Positions 1 through 8,208 of a stretch of 13,329 bases of DNA are shown piece after piece. The notes beneath the pieces were generated by a model that had not been told where the DNA came from, ran no database searches, and saw only the letters and a list, made by a program, of their open reading frames with translations. Made by a program: the position numbers and the translations under genes. The stretch's first letter is position 1, and every line of letters begins with the position of its first letter. Source of the stretch: Snowella sp. (GTDB lineage: Bacteria > Cyanobacteriota > Cyanobacteriia > Cyanobacteriales > Microcystaceae); assembly GCA_035285545.1 (NCBI GenBank), contig JAYKGY010000041.1:1-13329 (forward strand). Direction: 5' to 3'.

Positions 1-2139
1 GTTGGCTTAGGCAAAACCATTAGTGCAGGACTCATTACCCGTTATTTGTGGGTGTCTCAAAAAGCTAAACGTATTTTGATTCTGGTTCCTGCCAGTGTTC
101 AACCCCAATGGCATGAAGAATTAAGGGAAAAATTTAATCTACATTTTTGGAGCTACGACAAGGGTAAATTGACTAATCCCTACGGAGAAGTTCAGCAAGC
201 CCTTGGGAACCCTTGGAACGAAAAGGACTTGGTTTTAGCCTCCTCTCACCTTGTCCGCAGAAGCGATCGCGCTCAGGAGTTATTAGAAGCAGAGGACTGG
301 GATTTAATAATTTTGGATGAAAGCCATCATGCTCGTCGTAAAAGCCCCCAAGCACGGGAAGATACGCCGAATCAACTGTTGAAATTAATGCGGGGACTCA
401 AGGAAAAGACGCGATCGCTGTTGCTGTTAACTGCAACCCCGATGCAGATCGACACCATTGAGGTTTTTGACCTTTTGAGTCTTTTAAACCTTAAAGGGGA
501 ATGGCAGTATGAGGATAACTTTTGTGCCTATTTTGATAGCTTGCCTGCCACTCCTGATCGGTTACGTCTTGAATTTTGGCAAAGAATGTCTACTGATTAC
601 TTTAGGCATGACGGCCAACTGTGTACTTTGCTGGCACAACACGTTACGGCTAAAAATCGTCTTTTAATGTATCGATTGACAGACACTTGGCAGAAAGGAG
701 TCGCGATCGCCAACAGTAAACAGATCTGCCAAGACCAAGAATTTATTGATGCGTCTCGCCAATTCTTAACCGTTCATACGCCCCTTAAGGATGTCATGTT
801 TCGCCATACCAGAGATACCCTGCGGGAATATTATCGACGGGGTTTATTAGAAAGGGACATTCCTACTCGTCTGGTTTTTGATAATGCCATCTCTTTAGAA
901 GCAGAGAGAGAAATTCCGCTTTATCGGGCCGTCAGTGATTATGTACGCCATTTTTATAATTTGGCTCAACGCTCTAACCAAAAAGGCTTAGGGTTCTTAA
1001 TGACTCTCTATCGACGGCGACTCACCAGTTCTTTTTATGCAGTTCGGAAGTCTTTAGAACGGCGTTTGGCAGGAATCAACATTATTACTGAAGACGATCT
1101 GTTGGACTTAGAAGATGCGGACGATGCCGTTATCACGGGATTAGAATCCTATACCGAACAGACTGACCCGAATGAAATTGAGTATTTAGAAAATTTATTA
1201 AGGGATTTCGAGAATACAGGGGAAGATAGCAAACTATCTGCTTTTTTAACTATTCTGCGTCAGGAGCTTAATCAACGGGAAAGTGCATTAGTCTTTTTTC
1301 AATATACCGACACAATGGATTATGTTCGAGACACCTTAGTTCAACTCTATGGCAGTCAAGTTGCCTGCTATTCAGGACGGGGAGGAGAACTCTATGAAGC
1401 AGATCAATGGAAAATTGTTAAAAAGGAAGAAATTAAACGACTTTTTCGAGAAGGCATCGTTAAAATACTACTTTGCACTAAATCTGCAAGTGAAGGCTTG
1501 AATTTACAAACTTGCGGGGTTATTTTGATGTATTCCATGCCCTGGAACCCTATGCAAGTTGAACAACAAATTGGCCGTTTAGATCGGATTGGACAACTTC
1601 ATTCCACAATCCATATTCATAACTTCTACTACGATGGCACGGTTGAGGCCAAAGTTTATCGTCGATTGCGCGATCGCATTCATGCCTTTGAGACCGTCGT
1701 AGGAAACTTGCAACCCATTTTAGCTAGAGTCCCAACATTTATTGAACAAGCTGTCATGGCAGCCGATCCCGAAGAAGAAGGCGTTTTATTTGCGGAATTC
1801 GATCAAGCGATCGCTACCCCCCCGATCCGTCCTGATTTAGAAAAGATGGTCGCGATGAACGTTGAATCTGATATCACCGAAGTCCGTCAACCATTAACTC
1901 CCAGCCTCATGACTCCAAAAGAAGTAGAGCAATTATTTACCCAGTCCTTAATTCTTAAAAAAAGAGGCTTTAAGTTTTTAGAAGAAAACAAGAGAATCTG
2001 GACAATTAAGCAAGATAAAACCCATTATAAAGTTACTTTTTATCCTGAAATCTATGATGAACACTCATCGCTAAGACTCATGACTTATGGAGATCCCTTT
2101 TTTAAACAATTATTAACGATTATATTTTCGGAATATTAG
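1..2139 (+). CDS. SNF2-family (SF2) helicase, 5'-truncated by the window edge
   Basis: Frame 1 is open from base 1 (VGLGKTISAG = Walker A of the DEVGLGKT type), so the ORF-track start at 46 is internal. Other motifs: Ia LVPAS..QW..E, II DESHH, III LTATP, V SASEGLNLQ, VI WNP..VEQQIGRLDRIGQ. Stop TAG at 2137-2139. Confidence 0.93.
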   Translation, partial: VGLGKTISAGLITRYLWVSQKAKRILILVPASVQPQWHEELREKFNLHFWSYDKGKLTNPYGEVQQALGNPWNEKDLVLASSHLVRRSDRAQELLEAEDWDLIILDESHHARRKSPQAREDTPNQLLKLMRGLKEKTRSLLLLTATPMQIDTIEVFDLLSLLNLKGEWQYEDNFCAYFDSLPATPDRLRLEFWQRMSTDYFRHDGQLCTLLAQHVTAKNRLLMYRLTDTWQKGVAIANSKQICQDQEFIDASRQFLTVHTPLKDVMFRHTRDTLREYYRRGLLERDIPTRLVFDNAISLEAEREIPLYRAVSDYVRHFYNLAQRSNQKGLGFLMTLYRRRLTSSFYAVRKSLERRLAGINIITEDDLLDLEDADDAVITGLESYTEQTDPNEIEYLENLLRDFENTGEDSKLSAFLTILRQELNQRESALVFFQYTDTMDYVRDTLVQLYGSQVACYSGRGGELYEADQWKIVKKEEIKRLFREGIVKILLCTKSASEGLNLQTCGVILMYSMPWNPMQVEQQIGRLDRIGQLHSTIHIHNFYYDGTVEAKVYRRLRDRIHAFETVVGNLQPILARVPTFIEQAVMAADPEEEGVLFAEFDQAIATPPIRPDLEKMVAMNVESDITEVRQPLTPSLMTPKEVEQLFTQSLILKKRGFKFLEENKRIWTIKQDKTHYKVTFYPEIYDEHSSLRLMTYGDPFFKQLLTIIFSEY

Positions 2140-2160
2140 CTTAGAAAAGCTGCTAAATTA

Positions 2161-2769
2161 TTAAGTAGCTAAAATATTAACATTGTCATCTATTAAAACA
2201 TCATCAAAATGGCTTAATTGAGTTTGGTCAATTTTAGATGAAATATCCATTTCTTCGGCTTTTAATTTAATAGCTTCTCTCACTCTAAATAAAGGAATTA
2301 TAACAATAGAAATATCTCCTGTAATCTGAGCATCTCCTATAAAAACTTCTATCATTTTAATAGAATTACTATTATTATTCAAGGAAATAATTTCTTTATT
2401 TGGGACAAAAATGATTTCACCCACAGCCTCATTAACAACATAATTAAGAAAGTTATCCCAATGCTCTTCAAATTTTTTAATATCGCTTTTGTCAATGTTA
2501 GGAAAAATTGCATTTTTTAGATTAACAAGAAATATTAGAGGTCGATTGACAAAATCAATTTTGTTTTGGGGATCAACTCCAAAAACATCGGTAAAAACAA
2601 TACGAGGCAACTTTAACTCTACTTGAATTTGACGAAGAACTCTTCCAAAAATGACCTGATTATAATTATATCTTCCTTTGTTAGGAGTAATAATTTTACG
2701 CCTTTCCAAGCTACGGGTCATTTCGTATTCTAGTCCAGTTAATTGGGATAATTCAATTCTGCTAAACAT
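2161..2769 (-). CDS. Putative DNA-binding protein with N-terminal MerR-like winged HTH
   Basis: 202-aa, very AT-rich ORF. The N-terminus FSRIELSQLTGL..MTRSLERRKIITP..RYNYNQV follows the MerR HTH-wing pattern. The C-terminal domain is not recognised. Divergent from the primase gene. Confidence 0.62.
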   Translation of the reverse strand: MFSRIELSQLTGLEYEMTRSLERRKIITPNKGRYNYNQVIFGRVLRQIQVELKLPRIVFTDVFGVDPQNKIDFVNRPLIFLVNLKNAIFPNIDKSDIKKFEEHWDNFLNYVVNEAVGEIIFVPNKEIISLNNNSNSIKMIEVFIGDAQITGDISIVIIPLFRVREAIKLKAEEMDISSKIDQTQLSHFDDVLIDDNVNILAT

Positions 2770-3008
2770 ATTTTAAATATATTAATATAAAAATTATATA
2801 CGGCACTTTATTGTTGATTTTTTACAAGATAAGAATATAATATATTATATTATTTCTTTACAAAAAATTTTGTTTATTATTAAAATCTAATTTTCTATAT
2901 TTCTCTCTTTTTCTTGCTTGTAAGAATTTTAACTATTTAAAAAAGTGGAAATGAAAACTAACTATCAAAATTTCACTCAATTTATTTTTAAAGCATAAAA
3001 TCTACAAA

Positions 3009-3061
3009 AACAACGTTGTTAAAACAATATTGTATATTTTTTGTATTATAAACAGAATTGT
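3009..3061. promoter_or_regulatory. ACAA-NN-TTGT palindromes, candidate operators
   Basis: AACAACGTTGTT (3009-3020), ACAATATTGT (3024-3033) and a variant ACAGAATTGT (3052-3061) in the divergent intergenic region. Confidence 0.35.
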
Positions 3062-3074
3062 AACGTTTTGTAAC
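3057..3074 (-). promoter_or_regulatory. HLR1-like site (RpaB-binding direct repeat)
   Basis: The minus strand reads GTTACAAA-ac-GTTACAAT, an exact match to (G/T)TTACA(T/A)(T/A)-N2-(G/T)TTACA(T/A)(T/A). It lies upstream of a candidate -10 TATAGT (3101-3106). Confidence 0.5.
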
Positions 3075-3230
3075 ATCTGTTCAAGATGCTGTTTATGTAC
3101 TATAGTAGATTAAGTCACTGAAAAAGATTGAAAGATTTTTATCAGGTTGTATTCAAGTAAGCTTTTAAAAATCTAAGGTCACATTATTTCAAGTGATGCA
3201 TCAGAGAAATGAAATATAGAAATTAAATGC

Positions 3231-3339
3231 AAAAACCCCCTCCACTCGCCAAAGTTAAGGGGTTTTCACAAAACACATTCATTTTTTTAGCCCTCAAGGA
3301 GGGGGCTTTGCTATGCCTATTAAAGTTCTAGCAAATGAT
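3231..3339 (-). ncRNA. Candidate antisense (counter-transcribed) RNA against the primase leader
   Basis: Hairpin 3232-3266 has a UUGGCG loop on the minus strand, a C.A mismatch on + that becomes G.U on -, and a U-tract at the 3' end on -. Antisense extended -10 TGCTAAAAT at 3354-3346. The 5' end is approximate. Confidence 0.45.
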
Positions 3340-6300
3340 ACAGCCATTTTAGCAAACAATGATATTGATGAACAGCAGGCTTTAACAGTCGATACTGAAG
3401 GACATGAAGCCTCTAAAAATGATGTTTCCGCTATCTCTAAAGAAAATTGTCCTAGCACAATCGCTCAAAAGCATTGGGAGGAATGGACGCAAGGAAGTGG
3501 TATCTCACCAGAAATCACCAAATCATGTCTTCAATCGCTTAATGATCATCGAGAAATTGTGAAAATTGTGGAATGGAACGGTTATCCTGATGATCTTCCT
3601 CTAGGATGGGTAGCGCATGGAATCAGCTTGGTAACGTTGAACCCATTGAAGCCGTGCCAGTTTAAGCCTGATATACCAGTCCGACTTAAAGCGGAAGATA
3701 AAGATCCAGCAAGATACATTACAGGGAAAACTTATGATGCTCTCGTGTTACCCGTCAGAGATTGGGCAGAAATAAAAGAAGATCCCAGTCATCCAGTCAC
3801 ACTTACTGAGGGGCCGAAGAAAACAGGAGCCTTGGAAACTTGTGGTTATGCTGCGTTAGGTCTAGCGGGCGTTGAAATGGGATTAAAAGATGACCGTCTT
3901 GTCCCTAATCTTGAAGCGATCGCTGTTAAAGGTCGCCCTTTTTATATTTGCTTTGACGCAGATCTAGCAGCTAACGAAAAAGTCCAAAATGCACTTATTA
4001 AATTAGCTATTGTTTTAAAGAGAAAAGGGTGTTTAGTTTATGTTATTCCAGCGTGGGATATATCTTTAGGGAAAGGCATCGATGATGTTTTAGCTAATCA
4101 TGGCCCCGAACAAGTACACAAAACTATGGGAACTCCAATTCCTTACAAAAAATGGTTAAAAGGATTAGAACAGCAATTTAAGCCTGTAAAATCTCCAAAA
4201 CAACGAATTACACCTGCGGACTTAATCGCTCGTGATATTGCTGATGAATGCCGTTCACAATTGGCATTCAATAACGAGTCAGGATTGTGGATGCGTTATG
4301 AAGCTGACAGCCCTGGCGTTTGGTCTTCCGAATCTCCCGAATTCATCGAAAGTCTAGTTTACCAAGTTCTTACCAGTAAAGGAATTAGCGGTTTTGGTGG
4401 GAATGCTTACGTTACCAATATCGTTAAAATCCTACGTCACCAGTTAATCTGTCGGAAGTGGATCGAGCGATCGCCGAGTGAACTAATTCCTTTCAAAAAT
4501 GGGGCGTTAGAAGTCGCAACAGGTAAATTGTTGCCCCATAGCCCTAGCTATCGTTTTACCTGGGCAATGCCAAGAGAACACAATATCTTGGCTCAGGATT
4601 GGAACACGATTGATAAATTCCTCACCGAAGCCACTGATAACAATCCCAAAATCAAAAAACTTCTCCTTTGCTTCTGTAACGCTGTTCTTAAAGGACGCTC
4701 TGACCTCCAAAAGTTTCTACACTTCACGGGGCCAGGCGGAACAGGCAAAGGAACTTTTATGCGCCTGCTGACGGATTTAATTGGTCAGAATAACACCCAT
4801 ACCTCCACCCTAGAGGACTGGTGTGGCAATCGCTTTGAAGCTGCCAATGCCTACAAAAAACGGTTGATTGTCTTTCCCGATGAGGATAAAAAAGTCGGCA
4901 GTCTAGGACGATTTAAGAGTCTTACTGGAGAAGATTTTCTCAGAGCCGAAGAAAAAGGACAAAAAGCATTCCAGTTCAAATATGACGGCATGGTTGTACT
5001 CAGTAGTAACTTTCCCATCTTCCAAGGCGACAACAGCAGTGGGCTAACCCGACGAACCATTCTCGTTCCTTTTAATCATGTTCCGTTAGCCCGCGATCGC
5101 CGTAATCTTAACCAAGAATTTGAGCCTGAACTCTCAGCATTCATCAATTATTTGCTTTCTATTCCCGATGAGGTGGTGACAGCTACTCTCATGGGAACGA
5201 GTGATATTGCTGAGTTGAGTCAAGAATTTTGGACTAATCAACAACGGACAAACTCTATCGCTGCTTGGTTGAATGATTGCGTCATTTACGACCCTCTAGC
5301 TTCAACTCCTATTGGTAATGACAAAAATGAAGGTGACAACGGCAATCCCCCTGGAACTCTATTTGGTTCTTACTGCGCTCACGCCAAAAAGATTGGGATG
5401 CAACCGAAGAGTCTCAACAACTTTAGTCCTGACCTCTTAGAACTTTGTAATAACATTCTCAAATGGACTATTCAGAAGCAACAAAAACGGACTGGCAATT
5501 TTATTCAAGGATTACGATTGCGCTCTTCTGGAGATGATGATATACCGACCTATGAAGCACTGCTTGCCCAAACGGTGGAGGATAGTAAACCAGTTATTGA
5601 AAAGCTCGGTGGAGACCAGCGTGGAGGCTCGGTGGAGACCTGTGTGGAGGCTGAAACGCTTACTAAACAAGAAAGTGGAGGCTGTGGAGACTTAAGTTCA
5701 CTTCTAATCGACAATAAAAAAATAGAAAAAAATGAGGATAAAATAGACAAGGTTGAAATTTCTACTGATGTTATCAATACTACTCAGTCTCTCTTAGCCT
5801 CCACACCTTCCACATCCCTTACAGAGCAAACAATTGAGCCTCCACACAGCCCTCCACCTTACTCTCCACAGAAGCCTCCACAGGCGAAAGTGGACTTTAC
5901 TTCCTTCCCCCACCTAACCAGTAATGATTACCGCGCTAAGGAGAAACGGGCTACTCAAATCAAGGAGTCCATACTGATTTGCTCCAATAAAGAAGAATTA
6001 ACCAGCTTCAAAGCCGAATCAGGATACAACGAAGCCGAGATTCAATGGGTTTATGAGAATGTTTTAACCGAATTAGAACAGGAACAAATGAAGATAGCCT
6101 CTACTATCTTCCAGCCTTCTTTATTCCAAACCGACGCGATCGCTGATGATGCTTGTACATCGGGGCAATGGAAAGAACCACCTGAAGGAATGGATTTACT
6201 CCCAGAGCAAATAATTAAAGACAAAGTAACAAATCTAAAATGCAAAATTAAGGGATATAACACTAAGTCGAATCGTTACGATGTTTGTTATGCAGACGGT

Positions 6301-6351
6301 AGCCAAGGAGGTATTCCCCTTAAGGACATTTTGGTTTGGGTCGAGTCTTAA
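3313..6351 (+). CDS. Plasmid/phage primase-helicase (DUF3854/TOPRIM-like + D5/P4-family SF3 helicase), probable replication protein
   Basis: TOPRIM-type motifs TEGPKK, FDAD and KGIDD. D5_N-like PFKNG..LLPHSP..F. SF3 Walker A GPGGTGKGT, Walker B IVFPDE, FKSLTGED and motif C LSSN. SD AAGGAGG at 3296-3302. Confidence 0.9.
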   Translation: MPIKVLANDTAILANNDIDEQQALTVDTEGHEASKNDVSAISKENCPSTIAQKHWEEWTQGSGISPEITKSCLQSLNDHREIVKIVEWNGYPDDLPLGWVAHGISLVTLNPLKPCQFKPDIPVRLKAEDKDPARYITGKTYDALVLPVRDWAEIKEDPSHPVTLTEGPKKTGALETCGYAALGLAGVEMGLKDDRLVPNLEAIAVKGRPFYICFDADLAANEKVQNALIKLAIVLKRKGCLVYVIPAWDISLGKGIDDVLANHGPEQVHKTMGTPIPYKKWLKGLEQQFKPVKSPKQRITPADLIARDIADECRSQLAFNNESGLWMRYEADSPGVWSSESPEFIESLVYQVLTSKGISGFGGNAYVTNIVKILRHQLICRKWIERSPSELIPFKNGALEVATGKLLPHSPSYRFTWAMPREHNILAQDWNTIDKFLTEATDNNPKIKKLLLCFCNAVLKGRSDLQKFLHFTGPGGTGKGTFMRLLTDLIGQNNTHTSTLEDWCGNRFEAANAYKKRLIVFPDEDKKVGSLGRFKSLTGEDFLRAEEKGQKAFQFKYDGMVVLSSNFPIFQGDNSSGLTRRTILVPFNHVPLARDRRNLNQEFEPELSAFINYLLSIPDEVVTATLMGTSDIAELSQEFWTNQQRTNSIAAWLNDCVIYDPLASTPIGNDKNEGDNGNPPGTLFGSYCAHAKKIGMQPKSLNNFSPDLLELCNNILKWTIQKQQKRTGNFIQGLRLRSSGDDDIPTYEALLAQTVEDSKPVIEKLGGDQRGGSVETCVEAETLTKQESGGCGDLSSLLIDNKKIEKNEDKIDKVEISTDVINTTQSLLASTPSTSLTEQTIEPPHSPPPYSPQKPPQAKVDFTSFPHLTSNDYRAKEKRATQIKESILICSNKEELTSFKAESGYNEAEIQWVYENVLTELEQEQMKIASTIFQPSLFQTDAIADDACTSGQWKEPPEGMDLLPEQIIKDKVTNLKCKIKGYNTKSNRYDVCYADGSQGGIPLKDILVWVES
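5575..5881. repeat. Intragenic iteron array, putative replication origin
   Basis: GTGGAG at 5575, 5609, 5621, 5632, 5644, 5675 and 5684; A-rich core about 5700-5760; inverted CTCCAC at 5799, 5840, 5852, 5864 and 5876, plus TTCCAC at 5808. Confidence 0.75.
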
Positions 6352-6498
6352 CCCTACCCTACCCTTGGAAGATTGATTCAAACCAAAAAGCGATCATAGG
6401 TTTTTTCTGCTAAAAACAACAGAATAAGAGTCCCAGACCATAATCTGATTTGTGAAAGCTTTGTAAATCAAGATCCTAAGATATAGATTCACATAGGG

Positions 6499-6906
6499 TT
6501 ACTTATAATTTCCCTTTCCTGGTCTTCCTGCCTTAATTTTCTCAATTCCTTCAAAAGTCTCAAGTAATTCCGAATCTGATAACTGATCAAGCAACCTCAA
6601 AGCAGCCCGTAGGGTTTCACTTTTATTTACACTAACTCCCTGTCGAAGGCATCTGTGAATAATTTTTTGGATTAAATCATGATCTTCAACAGGAAAAGTA
6701 AAACTGTCACGGACAAGACTCTTTTTTTCTGGTTGAGGAGAAGGAGGTAAGGAGACGGAAACATTTTCTTCATTAAAAAATTCTTCAGCTTTGTTAAAGC
6801 GATTAGAAGAAACGGCTAAAGAGCTTTTATTTTCAACCGATTTCGCTTCTTCTTTTAAAGAGCGAGAGAGAGCTACAAGTCTTTTTTCATCTTTTTTAGT
6901 ATTCAT
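6499..6906 (-). CDS. Putative ParG/RHH-type centromere-binding partner of ParA
   Basis: 135 aa with a disordered N-terminus. The C-terminus VRDSFTFP..D.LIQKI....G.SVNKSETLRAALRLL...KAGRP has a beta-alpha-alpha (RHH-like) pattern. Adjacent to parA. Confidence 0.62.
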   Translation of the reverse strand: MNTKKDEKRLVALSRSLKEEAKSVENKSSLAVSSNRFNKAEEFFNEENVSVSLPPSPQPEKKSLVRDSFTFPVEDHDLIQKIIHRCLRQGVSVNKSETLRAALRLLDQLSDSELLETFEGIEKIKAGRPGKGNYK

Positions 6907-6947
6907 TGTTCTAGCATCCTGCTACAGTAAAAGACAATCAAATTAGT

Positions 6948-6988
6948 TAAATAATATAAACGATTTATATTACGCATATTATTTATAT
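6948..6988. repeat. AT-rich parS/parC-like repeats upstream of parA
   Basis: TAAATAATATAAACG (6948-6962) is repeated exactly at 7711-7725. Dyad TAATATAAA-cga-TTTATATTA at 6952-6972. Confidence 0.5.
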
Positions 6989-7011
6989 AGTTTACTTGTA
7001 ATAGTATATTT

Positions 7012-7677
7012 ATGACAGCCAAAATTATTGCAGTTGTTAATCAAAAGGGCGGGGCAGGAAAAACGACTATTGCAATGAACCTTGCAGGTTCCTTAGCCCA
7101 AAGAGGTAATAAAATATTAGTTGTAGATGCAGATCCCCAAGGAACTGCAACTAGATGGGCGGCATCTGCCAGTGAAGAAAAACTTTTTCCTGCATCTGTG
7201 ATCGGACTCAGTGCTGCTAACACCAAAGTTCATCAAGAAGTCAAAAAATTTATCGGAGACTACGACTGGATTATTATCGATTGTCCTCCTGCTGCTGATT
7301 CTCCCATACCCCAAAGTGCTTTGCTGATTGCAGATCTAGCGATAGTTCCGTTGATTCCTTCTCCTCTAGATATGTGGGCAGCTATTGGAATTCGGAAAGT
7401 TATTCAAAATGTAGCAAGCATTAACGAAACCCTTGAAACACGTCTAGTCTTTAATCAATATCAATCTAAAACATCCTTAGCCAAAGAAGCTGTCGAAATT
7501 CTCTTAGAATTTGGCATTGAGCAATGTAAAACAAAAATAGGGAGTCGGCAAATTTATCGACAGTCAGCCGTCTTTGGATATACCGTTCATGACTATGGTG
7601 CGAAAGCCAAAGAAGCCATTGAAGAAATCGAACAATTAACAGATGAACTTCTCCAAGTGCTGAAATCGAAATATTAG
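7012..7677 (+). CDS. parA: ParA-family partition ATPase (short, type Ib/ParF-like)
   Basis: Deviant Walker A NQKGGAGKTT, A' VDADPQG, Walker B IIDCPP. 221 aa with no N-terminal HTH. Confidence 0.95.
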   Translation: MTAKIIAVVNQKGGAGKTTIAMNLAGSLAQRGNKILVVDADPQGTATRWAASASEEKLFPASVIGLSAANTKVHQEVKKFIGDYDWIIIDCPPAADSPIPQSALLIADLAIVPLIPSPLDMWAAIGIRKVIQNVASINETLETRLVFNQYQSKTSLAKEAVEILLEFGIEQCKTKIGSRQIYRQSAVFGYTVHDYGAKAKEAIEEIEQLTDELLQVLKSKY

Positions 7678-7705
7678 CCCATTAATCATCTAACAACCAT
7701 TAATT

Positions 7706-7766
7706 TAATATAAATAATATAAACGGTATAAATTATTTATATTATTTACGCTGTTTATATTATTAT
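7706..7766. repeat. AT-rich parS/parC-like repeats downstream of parA
   Basis: Direct AATATAAA units (7707, 7716) and inverted TTTATATT units (7736, 7754), the same motif as upstream of parA. Confidence 0.5.
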
Positions 7767-7785
7767 AAGGCTATAAACCCTATAA

Positions 7786-7991
7786 CCCACATTCCGCTGT
7801 TTCGATCCGCCAAAAATAATTAAATTTAAAATCCTTATTTAGCAAGCCTTTTAGCGATCTGACTTTTTTCCATATCATTTTCTCTTTCTCAAGAGAAGCT
7901 CCTTATTGACAATATAATTAGGTGCAGATGCTACGATCCCTATTGCTACGTTCTAATTATTTTTTCAGCCTTGTGATCAGCGGAATGTGGG
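7786..7991. mobile_element. 206-bp MITE / internally deleted IS, probably IS1634-like
   Basis: Perfect 14-bp terminal inverted repeats CCCACATTCCGCTG (7786-7799) and CAGCGGAATGTGGG (7978-7991), with a 6-bp direct repeat CTATAA on both sides (7780-7785, 7992-7997). No transposase. The family call is from recalled IR and DR style. Confidence 0.8.
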
Positions 7992-8208
7992 CTATAACCT
8001 TATTCCATAGATAGTGAAGCTAATCAGTTAGACGCTATAGAAAGTGTATTGGTACTAATGAACACGCTATCTGTGGAAATTAACTTGCACAAGTAGGAAC
8101 AAATGATCTAAACTTAGGTTATGTGAGATTTTTCTCCATTAATTGCCTCTTCATATATCAAAAAAAGACACTTATGTCGTAAGACGTATGTTGCTCAAGA
8201 TAAGATAT

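Noticed and set aside
3096..3109. Possible cyanobacterial LexA box TGTACTATAGTAGA
   Set aside because: It deviates from RGTAC-N3-DGTWC in both half-sites and is more simply read as a -10 region.
5575..5881. CRISPR array or peptide-repeat interpretation of the GTGGAG repeats
   Set aside because: The units are only 6-10 bp, occur in both orientations and in different frames, and have no spacer structure. No cas genes are present.
6350..6366. ACCCT x3 micro-repeat after the primase stop, and a weak AAACC/GGTTT stem downstream
   Set aside because: Too short and weak to call a repeat element or terminator.
8102..8129. dif-like AATGATCTAAA-CTTAGG-TTATGTGAGAT
   Set aside because: Only the TTATGT core matches. 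The left arm and dyad symmetry are poor.
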